Shown piece by piece: positions 18,167 through 27,419 of a stretch of 27,465 bases of DNA. Numbering within the stretch: position 1 is the stretch's first letter; every line of letters begins with the position of its first letter. Location of the stretch: sequence record SRR31156797_1970; one strand, 5' to 3'. The notes beneath the pieces were generated by a model. It had not been told where the DNA came from and made no database searches. It saw nothing but the letters and a program-made list of their open reading frames with translations. A program made the translations under genes and the position numbers.

Positions 18167-18302
18167 AGCAATAGCGAGGTGTTGCTCAGGGATGGCTTAT
18201 TAAAAATTGTTAAGCCATTTTTAAGACAAAAATGAATAAGATCAAGGTTGGATTTCCTGATAGGTAGATAGGATTTAGCTACAACCCTTTTTCAATAACA
18301 CT

Positions 18303-19367
18303 CTAATTCCTCCGGCCAAAATCTGAAAGGTTGGTGCGGATGGTGATGTAGTTGGGGGAACCGTTCAGATGGTATGTTGCCCTGGAGTATTCAATCTGGA
18401 ATTTGGAAACCTTGATGGCCAAACCCCAGGAGAAACCAACTGTTCCCATTTTGTTATAAACCCCTAATTCCTGGCGGCGCTGATAATTGTACCCAAACCG
18501 AATGGAGAAAAACTTGCTTGGGATAAACTCACCACCTATTACAACATGGCGCATGGCTTTATCTGCAAAATCACTAAAACCATCCTCCTCCTGAACTTCC
18601 CCGGTTATCGGGTCAACCTGCTGGTCAGGGTCGTTGGGATCATCATAGGTCAAATCCCATTTTTGCAGGTTAGTTAAAAGAATCGAGTATCTGAAAGGCA
18701 GATGCTTCAGCTTTTGGGAAAGCCCAAGATTGATCTCAAAAGGCAGACTTTCGTAATTTCCTGAACGGTATGGCTTAAGTTGAGAACCAATGTTTCTGGC
18801 AACAAGCGAAACAGTGAGATTTTTCTTTGAATTGTGGTAGGACCCGGCAATGTCAACAGCCACACCGTAGGACTGGTAGTCTTCAAGGCCAGAATAGATC
18901 ATTTTCAGGTTTGCTCCGATTGAAAACAATGAATCCAGCTGCCTACCCCACCCCAGGCTTAGGGCCATTTCATTGGCTGCAAAAGTTCCAAAGGTTTGGC
19001 CGGTTTCATCAGCATAGGTAAATTCACCATAATTCAGGTATTGCATGGTGGCTGTATAGGTACCCACCTTATTAAAACTTTTGGCGTAGGTGGCATGACC
19101 ATAATTGATGTCTGTGTAATAATCCACAAAACTCAGGGCAAGGTTATTGTCCATTTCCGGAGAAATGACCGATGGGTTAAAAAGCGCCTGGGTAACATCA
19201 CCATCCTTTACAGCCAGGAAATTTCCACCCATAGCTGCAGCCCGTGCAGAACTGGGCATGTTTAAAAACCTGTAAACACCATCACCGCCAATTTGCCCAT
19301 GAGCGTCCGGAAATATGAGTAAGCTAAAGAGTAGGAATATGAGGTAGAAGTAGTTTATTTTATTCAC
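18303..19367 (-). CDS. porQ: Type IX secretion system beta-barrel protein PorQ
   Basis: Signal peptide then Q-IGG..VY.FLN.P.SARAAAMGG; NPS; RH..IGGE; RFGYNYQRRQEL; GTG start. Confidence 0.8.
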   Translation of the reverse strand: MNKINYFYLIFLLFSLLIFPDAHGQIGGDGVYRFLNMPSSARAAAMGGNFLAVKDGDVTQALFNPSVISPEMDNNLALSFVDYYTDINYGHATYAKSFNKVGTYTATMQYLNYGEFTYADETGQTFGTFAANEMALSLGWGRQLDSLFSIGANLKMIYSGLEDYQSYGVAVDIAGSYHNSKKNLTVSLVARNIGSQLKPYRSGNYESLPFEINLGLSQKLKHLPFRYSILLTNLQKWDLTYDDPNDPDQQVDPITGEVQEEDGFSDFADKAMRHVVIGGEFIPSKFFSIRFGYNYQRRQELGVYNKMGTVGFSWGLAIKVSKFQIEYSRATYHLNGSPNYITIRTNLSDFGRRN

Positions 19368-19494
19368 CGGATATCTTGTTTTAGATCATTAAACTGGCAA
19401 ACGCTGAGTTGCTCAAATAATTGTTGGAACGCTTAAAAGATGGACTTTTTACCTGAAAGGTTGCGCCAATTTAATAACCCTAAAAAATTTATAA

Positions 19495-19528
19495 ATAAAA
19501 AGCGACCCGGATATCTTTCCGGGCCGCC
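19495..19528 (-). terminator. Intrinsic terminator after the thioredoxin-family gene
   Basis: Minus strand GCGGCCCGGA-aagata-TCCGGGTCGC followed by TTTTTATTT. Confidence 0.85.
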
Positions 19529-19551
19529 TTACATTACATATTTTCAGCAAA

Positions 19552-20160
19552 TTATTTTTTAGCCTTAATGGTGCATCCGATTGCCTTGGTGAAGTTATTC
19601 TTCACTTTTTTACCATTTTTCAGATTTGCAATCGCATCCTCCACAAACTTTTCCTCCACATATTCAGCATCCTGGTAGTTATCATCAATGGCACCAATAT
19701 ATGCTACTTCGAAAAGCCTTCCCCGGTTCTCAAGTAAAAATACATGTGGCGTTCTGGTTGCTCCGTATTCCGGATATACTTTTTGATCGTCATCAAAAAG
19801 GTAGGGAAACGGAAAGTCCTTTTCCTGGGAGCGTTCAATCATTTTCTCGTATGAATCAGCAGGTTGAACTGCCGGATCGTTTGGGTTGATGGCTATTACC
19901 GGAAATCCCTCGGGAGCATACTTTTTGTGCAATTCAATAATTCTGTCTTCATAAGCCACCGAATAAGGGCAGTGGTTACAGGTAAATATTACGATCACAC
20001 CGTCATAGTCGTCATAATCCGTAAGGGATATCATTCTGCCATCCACATTTTTGAGCGTGAACTCTGGTGCCTTATCTCCTACCTCAACCCCACCTTCCTT
20101 GGCGGTGACAGTACATCCAATGATGAACAAGGCCATAAATACAATAATCGCGTTTTTCAT
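19552..20160 (-). CDS. Exported thioredoxin-family (AhpC/TSA-like) protein, probable lipoprotein
   Basis: IIG-C lipobox, VGDKAPEFTL, FTCNHCPY, GATRTPH.F, YIGAIDD, AIGCTIK. Confidence 0.88.
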   Translation of the reverse strand: MKNAIIVFMALFIIGCTVTAKEGGVEVGDKAPEFTLKNVDGRMISLTDYDDYDGVIVIFTCNHCPYSVAYEDRIIELHKKYAPEGFPVIAINPNDPAVQPADSYEKMIERSQEKDFPFPYLFDDDQKVYPEYGATRTPHVFLLENRGRLFEVAYIGAIDDNYQDAEYVEEKFVEDAIANLKNGKKVKNNFTKAIGCTIKAKK

Positions 20161-20219
20161 TTTGATATCAGTTTTAAGTTATACTTCGAATTTGAAAAAT
20201 TCTCTCATAAATTCTCTTG

Positions 20220-20705
20220 TTATTGATTATGGAATTTGAGCATTTCAGTTTCCAGTTCCTCGTAAGTGAAAGATTGCTCGTAAAATTCACGTTCCTTTCC
20301 GCGGTAAATTACCGTGGCCGGAATCGCACCTGACCATTCGTTACTCACCTTGTCAATCCACCTGTTACTTCTCGGATCATTTAACAAAATCACCGAAGAC
20401 TGTAATTCGCGTTCCTTGATGAATGGTATCAGCTTCGTATCGAAATGCTTGATGAAATCAAGGCTGACAAGCAATACTTTCACTTTTTCATCAGCATAAG
20501 TTTTGTTAAGTTTTTCGAATGCAGGCAACTCCTTTACACAAGGTTTACACCAGGTTGCCCAAAAGTTCACAACATAGGTGGTGTCTGTATTCCGGTTAAG
20601 ATAGGGTTCAAAACCATCGAAATCAACTACACGGACTTTTGGCTGGGCCAATGCACTCGCAGAATAAATGAATGAAAATAATATGACAATTGTCAAAAAT
20701 CGCAT
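20220..20705 (-). CDS. TlpA/ResA-family thiol-disulfide oxidoreductase
   Basis: Signal peptide; VNFWATWCKPCVKELP; WSGAIPAT (cis-Pro loop). Confidence 0.9.
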   Translation of the reverse strand: MRFLTIVILFSFIYSASALAQPKVRVVDFDGFEPYLNRNTDTTYVVNFWATWCKPCVKELPAFEKLNKTYADEKVKVLLVSLDFIKHFDTKLIPFIKERELQSSVILLNDPRSNRWIDKVSNEWSGAIPATVIYRGKEREFYEQSFTYEELETEMLKFHNQ

Positions 20706-20751
20706 ATGATGAATTTGATGGTGTAAACGAAATTCAGGCGAAAAGGTTTAG

Positions 20752-20790
20752 CAAAAGAAAAGGAGCCACAAAATTAATTCGATGGCTCCC
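20752..20790 (-). terminator. Intrinsic terminator after the TonB-dependent receptor
   Basis: Minus strand GGAGCCA-N14-TGGCTCC followed by TTTTCTTTTG. Confidence 0.75.
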
Positions 20791-20834
20791 TTCATTATAT
20801 TGGAGTTAATCCATTCACAAATCAATTCATCATC

Positions 20835-23240
20835 CTAGAATTTCAGTGAAACGCCAGCCAAAAAGTTTATGGTTGCCTGCGGATAAAAGCCATTCATCAT
20901 GAACTCCTGATCTTCGTAGTAATATCGGTAAACCCAGGCATTGGTTTCGTATTTTTCGTTAAGCACATTCGAAACATTCAAAAACAAACCCAGCTGATTC
21001 ACAAAACCGGGATTAAAAGTGTAATTGATGTGGATGTCGTTCACAAAGTACGGATCCAACGAACGGGTATCGCTTGAGGTATTGTCGATGTATTGTTTAC
21101 CCACATATTTTGATATTACTTTCAGGTTTAGATTTTCTACAGGTTCAAAACTTATAACACTGTTGGCTATGATCTCCGGTGAAAACGAAAGGTCTGTTTC
21201 ACCAAGTTGATCGTTGATTTGCTCATAGGGAGGGCTCCAGTTATCCACATATGATTCGAAAGCTTTAATTTTATTTTTACTAAACGAAACGTTACCTTCC
21301 CACGATACCAATTCTGATATTTTCCAGCCTACAACCAGTTCCAGGCCTGTACGATAACTTTCTGGCACATTGGTAAAAATGGCTGCACCAACATTGTTAA
21401 TCTCGCCGGTTAGCACCAATTGATCTTTGTAATCCATATAAAACAAGTTGGCGTTTACCCGAAGTTTATTTGCACTGTAGTTATATCCCAGTTCATAGTC
21501 TATCAGTGTTTCTGCCTCAGGCTGGTGCCCATCATCTGCATCTCTGAAATCACTTCGGGTTGGCTCACGATGGGCTACTGCAAATGAAAAATAGACCTGG
21601 GTGTTTTGGTTCAAATCATACAATCCGCCAAATTTTGGGTTGAAAAAAGCGAAATCATGTTCCTGAGAAATATCCCTTAAGTCATCATGAGTTCCATCAA
21701 TTTCATATTGAATGCCCCTGAATTGAAGATCGGCATACACTTTGAGCGAATTGGCCATATGGTAGTTTACCTTACCAAAAACATTGTACTGCATTTTGGT
21801 TCCGGTATTTTCATACCACTTTCTGTCGATGGATCCGTTGCTGGCATACTGCGCCCAAATCACTGTTCCATAGTGTCCTCCCTCGTAGTAGTTCCAGCTT
21901 CCGCCAAATGAAGCAGTTAGTTTTTTATAGTTGTTAAAGTTTCCCGAAAACGTAACACCATAAAAATCATTATCCAGGTATTTACGCCTGATTAAATCTG
22001 TGCTTGTAATGGTATCCGTGCCGATCATCACATTATCCAAACCATAATCAGAAAATGGTTCATCCGGATAATAACTTTCATAATAGCCATAACCCCTCAC
22101 GTAAAACAGTGCAGCATTCAGATTGAGGTTTCTGTCTAGCTTATGAGAAAAGATCAGTTGGTAGTGATCCTGCTGGTAATTATCCGTTTGATTATCGTAA
22201 TATTTCAGGTTTCCTTCTTCATCATGATATTCGCCTGCCGGGTTATAGGTACGATTGGTTTCAAGGCTGTCGCCGGGAACGCCATACCAGGCCTGGTAGG
22301 TTTTCTCTCTACCCGAAAACACATTCAGTTTAGCAATTGTGTTTTCACCATAGTACCCACCACTCACAAAAAACGATTTCAGATCGGAGGAAGCACGGTC
22401 GATATAGCCATCGGAAGTAATCTTGGATAAACGGCCATCAATGGTAAACCTGCCGTTTATCAATCCTGTCCCAAATGTGAGGCTGTTTTTAAAGGTGTTA
22501 AAACTTCCGGCTGAAGAATTCAACTCAGCATAAGGATCAGCCTTCAGTCCCAGGGTTTTCACATTGATACTGGCACCAAACGCCGCCGCACCATTTGTTG
22601 AGGTCCCTACCCCGCGCTGGACCTGGATATTATCGACCGAAGTAGCAAAGTCGGGCATATTGACCCAAAACACGCCCTGGGATTCCGGATCGTTTAGCGG
22701 AATTCCATTTACTGTTACGTTGATTCGTGTAATGTCAGTCCCACGAATACGAATTCCGGTGTAGCCGATTCCTGCTCCGGCGTCAGAAGTCACTACTGCT
22801 CCCGGTGTGGTTTCCAACAATACGGGCAGGTCCTTTCCTAGATTTTGCTCCCTTATCTCTTTTTCACCAACAACTTCGTAGGTTTTTGGGGCATCTCTTG
22901 GAGCACGTGTCGCAGTGATCACAATTTCATCCTCGAGGAAGGCACGTGGAGAAAGTTCAATTTTAAGCTCGGCATTTTCCTCCAGCTTCACTTCCCTGAT
23001 ATTTGTTTCATACCCCAAAAATGTTGTTTTTAGCATGTATTCCCCGAGCTTCAATCCTTTAATGGAAAATTCGCCTGATTGGTCACTAACAGCATTGCTG
23101 TAAGAATCCTGGATAACAATATGTGCCCCTGGAAGGGCTTCACCGGTTTCGGCATCCGAAACCTTACCTGCAATTTTTAATTGTGAAAATGCAGAAAACT
23201 GTGCTGTGCTTAACAACACGAAAATCAAAAACTTTTTCAT
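20835..23240 (-). CDS. TonB-dependent receptor, probably for thiamine
   Basis: N-terminal carboxypeptidase-regulatory-like domain, plug (RINVTVNGIPLND.E, QRGVGTSTNGAAAFGASIN), C-terminal Phe; TPP riboswitch upstream. Confidence 0.92.
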   Translation of the reverse strand: MKKFLIFVLLSTAQFSAFSQLKIAGKVSDAETGEALPGAHIVIQDSYSNAVSDQSGEFSIKGLKLGEYMLKTTFLGYETNIREVKLEENAELKIELSPRAFLEDEIVITATRAPRDAPKTYEVVGEKEIREQNLGKDLPVLLETTPGAVVTSDAGAGIGYTGIRIRGTDITRINVTVNGIPLNDPESQGVFWVNMPDFATSVDNIQVQRGVGTSTNGAAAFGASINVKTLGLKADPYAELNSSAGSFNTFKNSLTFGTGLINGRFTIDGRLSKITSDGYIDRASSDLKSFFVSGGYYGENTIAKLNVFSGREKTYQAWYGVPGDSLETNRTYNPAGEYHDEEGNLKYYDNQTDNYQQDHYQLIFSHKLDRNLNLNAALFYVRGYGYYESYYPDEPFSDYGLDNVMIGTDTITSTDLIRRKYLDNDFYGVTFSGNFNNYKKLTASFGGSWNYYEGGHYGTVIWAQYASNGSIDRKWYENTGTKMQYNVFGKVNYHMANSLKVYADLQFRGIQYEIDGTHDDLRDISQEHDFAFFNPKFGGLYDLNQNTQVYFSFAVAHREPTRSDFRDADDGHQPEAETLIDYELGYNYSANKLRVNANLFYMDYKDQLVLTGEINNVGAAIFTNVPESYRTGLELVVGWKISELVSWEGNVSFSKNKIKAFESYVDNWSPPYEQINDQLGETDLSFSPEIIANSVISFEPVENLNLKVISKYVGKQYIDNTSSDTRSLDPYFVNDIHINYTFNPGFVNQLGLFLNVSNVLNEKYETNAWVYRYYYEDQEFMMNGFYPQATINFLAGVSLKF

Positions 23241-23307
23241 TTTTCAATTGATTTTTAGTCCAACAATGAATTAAAAATCAATAGAGGAAAAATAAGGTCA
23301 TGTAAGC

Positions 23308-23388
23308 CATATCCCTTCGCCGGCACTACCCGGATCAGGTGCAATGGGTATGATCTCAGCCCGTTGTTTGGGGCACCCCTATTGGATT
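23308..23388 (-). ncRNA. TPP riboswitch
   Basis: Minus strand GGGGTGCCCC...GGGCTGAGATCATACCC...ACCTGATCCGGGTAGTGCCGGCGAAGGGA carries the conserved CTGAGA, ACCTGA and GCGNAGGGA motifs. Confidence 0.95.
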
Positions 23389-23394
23389 CAGGTG

Positions 23395-23402
23395 CAAATT
23401 TA
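23395..23402 (-). promoter_or_regulatory. sigmaA -7 element for the riboswitch/receptor transcript
   Basis: TAAATTTG(CA) just upstream of the aptamer. Confidence 0.7.
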
Positions 23403-23439
23403 TAAATTTCCTGACATTCTTTTTCCGATTTGAGATATT

Positions 23440-24123
23440 TCAGGTTTTGTTAGGATTTGACAGGTCAGGAAATTTGGGATCAAAGGCTTCCACCAAAACA
23501 TGCCTTGCCAGATCGAGTGTCGGGCAATTGGCATGGTCGATTATTTCTGAATCTGATGTGCATAATAACCCAGCACTCGCCTGTATCAACAGATCATCCA
23601 CTTTCGCAGTAATTTTAATGTTGGGCTTGTTTTTCCAGCCTGATGTGAATTGATGAAGGTTTTGAACGACTGACTTCGTGGCAGAACCTGTGTTGTCAAC
23701 CAGGAAACCAATTTTGTTTTGCCTATAAGTTTTCAGGTAAGAGATGATTAAATCAATTGCTTTCGGAATTTTTGGGTTATTTTCCAGTTCACCTCTTTTT
23801 TGAGCAGCATCCCGCAGAAAACCATCCATCGATAAAAACACAGGTAAACCCAGCAGGTAGGATGATACCGTTATTATTACATTCATTGCATCTATATAAA
23901 ACGTATCAAATTGTTCCGGATTTTTAACTGTTTTCTTCGCTCTCAATTCAGCTGTTGATTGAGCTACTATTCCCCGGTACAGCAAAGTCCGCTCAACTGA
24001 AGACAATCCATACCTGTTACCAATGAGATCAAGAAAGCGTTTTGGCGAATAATTCCGCTCAGTTAAATATTGGTAATCCTTCAGCGCATTTTGGAAATCC
24101 GGATGTATCTTAGAAAACTTCAC
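23440..24123 (-). CDS. DUF434 domain protein with a C-terminal PIN/NYN-like region
   Basis: YL.ERNY....LDLIGNRYGL...ER..LYRG; YIDAMNVIITV, DGFLRD, VDD.L, TSDSEIID; GTG start. Confidence 0.75.
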   Translation of the reverse strand: MKFSKIHPDFQNALKDYQYLTERNYSPKRFLDLIGNRYGLSSVERTLLYRGIVAQSTAELRAKKTVKNPEQFDTFYIDAMNVIITVSSYLLGLPVFLSMDGFLRDAAQKRGELENNPKIPKAIDLIISYLKTYRQNKIGFLVDNTGSATKSVVQNLHQFTSGWKNKPNIKITAKVDDLLIQASAGLLCTSDSEIIDHANCPTLDLARHVLVEAFDPKFPDLSNPNKT

Positions 24124-24154
24124 AGGATAAAAATAGTGCTTTGATGCGAATCAT

Positions 24155-24162
24155 TAAATTTG
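24155..24162 (+). promoter_or_regulatory. sigmaA -7 element of aroQ
   Basis: TAAATTTG(C), 16 nt upstream of the ATG. Confidence 0.65.
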
Positions 24163-24178
24163 CGGAAAATTTATTCAC

Positions 24179-24598
24179 ATGAAAATCATCATCATCAATG
24201 GCCCGAATTTAAACCTGCTGGGGAAAAGAGAAAAAGAACACTACGGTGAGCATAATTTTGAAAACTATTTTACTCATCTGAGAATATTATTCCCAAAGGT
24301 TGAACTGCAATACTTTCAATCAAACATTGAAGGTGAAATAATTGACAAGTTACACGAAACGGGCTTTACTTATGATGGTATCATTCTGAATGCCGGAGGC
24401 TATACCCATACTTCGGTGGCCATTGGCGATGCGGTAAAATCGATTACAACTCCGGTTGTAGAAGTACATATTTCAAATATTTTCAACCGGGAAGATTTCA
24501 GGCATGTTTCCTACATTGGCCCAAACGCTCATGGCAGTATAATTGGATTTGGGTTGAATGGATACAAACTCGCACTCCAGTCATTTCATAAAGATTAA
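24179..24598 (+). CDS. aroQ: Type II 3-dehydroquinate dehydratase
   Basis: INGPNLNLLGKRE..YG, QSNIEG, LNAGGYTHTS, EVHISN...REDFRH.S. Confidence 0.97.
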   Translation: MKIIIINGPNLNLLGKREKEHYGEHNFENYFTHLRILFPKVELQYFQSNIEGEIIDKLHETGFTYDGIILNAGGYTHTSVAIGDAVKSITTPVVEVHISNIFNREDFRHVSYIGPNAHGSIIGFGLNGYKLALQSFHKD

Positions 24599-25614
24599 AC
24601 ACTGAATTTTTCAGGCTTCAGGGTTTTAAAATGTTTCACACCTTTAAAAAAATGTGCTACCACAACATTACCAACATAAATCTGTGAAACGTTGCGCTGC
24701 CGGATTGATTTTCGTTTTAGCCTGTTCTTTTTCAGCGAAAAATAAAAGCCCAGGTGCGCCCGCACAACAGCACCAAAATGTCGCACACCACCATCAATAA
24801 GGAATTTTATGGCTGCCAATAAATCAAGGAAAAACCGGGTAATGAAAACGGCATACAACTGATTTGCAGGCAGGTTTTTATAAAGCATGGTATTGTTATT
24901 CCGGATGTTCAGGTAGGTTTTTTTTGGAGATGATTTGTCCAAAGAACCTCCCCCAACATGATAAACAGTGGAGTTGCCACAATACATAACTTTGTATCCT
25001 AGTTGCTTGAACCGCCAGCAAATATCGATTTCCTCCATGTGTGCGAAAAAATCCTCATCGAGGCCACCGGCTTCTTTAAAGTAATCAGCCCGAACAAACA
25101 TGCATGCCCCACTTGCCCAAAAAATTTCGGCTGTATCGTCATATTGTCCTGAATCAATTTCCATGCATTGAAATATCCTTCCACGGCAAAATGGATAACC
25201 ATACCGATCGATAAATCCGCCGCCTGCACCGGCATATTCAAACTTATCACGATTTTTAAAGGATAAAATCTTTGGTTGACAAGCTGCTATGGAAGGATCA
25301 CTATCCATCAGATCGATCACTGGTGAAATCCAGTTTTGAGTAACCTCAATATCAGAATTCAAGAGGATAAAATAAGTAGCATCAATTTGAGCAAGTGCCC
25401 TGTTGTAACCACCTGCGTAACCATAATTACCTCCGGTGTGAATTATTTTCACATCCGGAAAATTACCTTGAAGATAGGCAATTGAATCATCAGTTGACTG
25501 GTTATCAGCGATGATTACCTCGGCAATACCCTTTGCGGACTCAAGGATGCCGGGAAGGAATGCTTCGAGGAACAACCTGCCATTCCAGTTCAATATCACA
25601 ATTGCGGTCTTCAT
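24595..25614 (-). CDS. Glycosyltransferase family 2 (rhamnosyltransferase-like)
   Basis: IVILNWNG, ADNQSTD, LLNSD, WASGACM, FFAHMEEID.CWR, YHVGG; ATG at 25614 (TTG at 25617 possible); 4-nt convergent overlap with aroQ. Confidence 0.92.
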   Translation of the reverse strand: MKTAIVILNWNGRLFLEAFLPGILESAKGIAEVIIADNQSTDDSIAYLQGNFPDVKIIHTGGNYGYAGGYNRALAQIDATYFILLNSDIEVTQNWISPVIDLMDSDPSIAACQPKILSFKNRDKFEYAGAGGGFIDRYGYPFCRGRIFQCMEIDSGQYDDTAEIFWASGACMFVRADYFKEAGGLDEDFFAHMEEIDICWRFKQLGYKVMYCGNSTVYHVGGGSLDKSSPKKTYLNIRNNNTMLYKNLPANQLYAVFITRFFLDLLAAIKFLIDGGVRHFGAVVRAHLGFYFSLKKNRLKRKSIRQRNVSQIYVGNVVVAHFFKGVKHFKTLKPEKFSV

Positions 25615-25622
25615 CAAGGCGT

Positions 25623-25630
25623 CAAAGGTA
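25623..25630 (-). promoter_or_regulatory. sigmaA -7 element of the GT2 gene
   Basis: Minus-strand TACCTTTG, 8 nt upstream of the ATG. Confidence 0.55.
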
Positions 25631-25679
25631 CAAATAACACCCTTTTGAAGAAACTGAAATGGCGGAGGTATGAATTTGT

Positions 25680-27212
25680 TTAGCGCGGATTGTTGTAATA
25701 ATCACCTGACTGGCCACCATATTTATCACCATCAGGAAGTGTGGCTCCATGCTGGAATCGATAGTGCAACTCTGCCTGCCAGTTTTCGTTCTGTATTTCG
25801 CCAGGCACATTGGAGTGGATCAGTTTATAATCATTGAGTGCGATGTGAACGTTGGCAAATACAAATTTCCTGTTCCTTAGATTGAGTTCGTCAAGCGTGT
25901 AATAATGCCAAATCTGGTAAGGTACAGCACCTGCATCAGGCACATTTGTTCCACCATCATTGATCGTCATCCCAGAAGTACTGGCATCAAATGGCCTGTC
26001 GGTAATGGTGTTGGGAGGACCATATTTTAGATAAACCCTACCCATATCAGTTTTGTAGCCTTTTTGCCCTTTTGTTCCCGGAGCACCAAATTGCTCATTC
26101 ACAAGGTCAACAGCACTCAGGTATTGCTTCCAGGCATATTCCGGATTCAATTCATCACGATCAAGCCAGAAATTAAAGAAAAATCGTTGCATCATCTCCA
26201 GGTCAGCTTCACCCTGATCTACCTGGTATTTAACAAAATTCAATTCCATATCTGTAGATATCGGGCCAATATAATCGATGTACATTCGAAGTGTATCTTT
26301 ACTCTTAATTTTTGAAACAAAAGAACTTTGCGCCGAAACCCCGGTATAATCAGAGTAATCTGGTGCCACGTCCGGATTATTGCGCTGGAAAAAGATTTTA
26401 TTTGTAGCCAACACTTCATTCTGCCTGTCACGGGCTTCAACTACAAGTTTGTAATTTCCTGAAGGCAACTCATCAATCTTTAAATTCGCAAACAATATGT
26501 TTACCGGCTGCGTTTTTTCCCTTTTGAAACTGGTGAATTTATTAAGTTTTTTCCCGGTTTCATATGCTTCCAGGTAATAATTAACCAGGAACTGACTATT
26601 CGTTCCAAGTACATTTTCGGTATTGTAAATTTCAGTATAGAAACTCAATGTATTGACCCCATCAGGTATGTAATTATTTACATATGGCACAAGGTCGTAA
26701 CCACTTTTTGTTAGTTGATTTGGTTCGGAGGTCTCGGTGTAAGATTCAACCAGTTGGATACCTGATACAACAACTTCATTATTAGGAAAATCAACTACAA
26801 CAGTCTGGTTGGTAGGATCCGGCGCATACGTGCTGTTCATATCGCGTATCTGAATTTCAAGATTATAAGTTCCATTGGGTAACTGAAACCTTTGCATATC
26901 AACAAAATTACTCCTGATATTCGTGGTATCATCAAATTGCGGGCTCAGCAATTCATATTTATCATAATTTACCACAGCTGAATCCTTGCTAAATATCAAA
27001 GACACCTCAACCTTACCCTGGAATTTCCCGTTTGACAATTTTTCATATTCCACAGAGTTTCCAAGCACCGAAAGATAGGTTTCAACGTACGGCCCGTCTG
27101 TCGGACTCCAGAATCTTGCATATAAAAACTGGGCCTGAATAAATTTTGGGGTTTGCGCAATTACCGGGCAGGAGAGTATCAATATTAAGATAATAAGTGA
27201 AATTTTTCTCAT
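25680..27212 (-). CDS. GWxTD domain-containing exported protein
   Basis: Signal peptide from MRKISLIIL (ATG 27212; upstream ATG at 27233 less likely); FFFNFW..RD, N.QF..GYKTDMGRVYLKYGPPN, PYQIWHY. Confidence 0.85.
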   Translation of the reverse strand: MRKISLIILILILSCPVIAQTPKFIQAQFLYARFWSPTDGPYVETYLSVLGNSVEYEKLSNGKFQGKVEVSLIFSKDSAVVNYDKYELLSPQFDDTTNIRSNFVDMQRFQLPNGTYNLEIQIRDMNSTYAPDPTNQTVVVDFPNNEVVVSGIQLVESYTETSEPNQLTKSGYDLVPYVNNYIPDGVNTLSFYTEIYNTENVLGTNSQFLVNYYLEAYETGKKLNKFTSFKREKTQPVNILFANLKIDELPSGNYKLVVEARDRQNEVLATNKIFFQRNNPDVAPDYSDYTGVSAQSSFVSKIKSKDTLRMYIDYIGPISTDMELNFVKYQVDQGEADLEMMQRFFFNFWLDRDELNPEYAWKQYLSAVDLVNEQFGAPGTKGQKGYKTDMGRVYLKYGPPNTITDRPFDASTSGMTINDGGTNVPDAGAVPYQIWHYYTLDELNLRNRKFVFANVHIALNDYKLIHSNVPGEIQNENWQAELHYRFQHGATLPDGDKYGGQSGDYYNNPR

Positions 27213-27251
27213 ACTAACTTGCTTTAAAGTCATTTACAATACATAATTGAT

Positions 27252-27259
27252 CAAAAGTA
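27252..27259 (-). promoter_or_regulatory. sigmaA -7 element of the GWxTD gene
   Basis: Minus-strand TACTTTTG. Confidence 0.5.
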
Positions 27260-27377
27260 AATCCATCTGAAACATCAGCCAAAACTTAAAAAGTAAATGG
27301 TTTACAAGCATCAGTTTACGGTACAATAAAATAACTAAAAAACTGAGCATTTGTTACTGAAAAAAAAACAAAAAAAA

Positions 27378-27407
27378 TTTGGGAAATTTAAAAAAAGTGT
27401 ACTTTTG
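27378..27407 (+). promoter_or_regulatory. tRNA promoter (-33 TTTG, -7 TACTTTTG)
   Basis: TTTG 27378-27381 and TACTTTTG(CA) 27400-27407, with A-tracts upstream. Confidence 0.75.
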
Positions 27408-27419
27408 CACCCTCTTTAC

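Noticed and set aside
19367-19517. 11-nt direct repeat CCGGATATCTT at the porQ start and in the upstream terminator
   Set aside because: No terminal inverted repeats or other sign of an insertion between the copies; consistent with chance.
24595-24598. Convergent TTAA overlap of the aroQ and GT2 stop codons
   Set aside because: A common arrangement in compact genomes.
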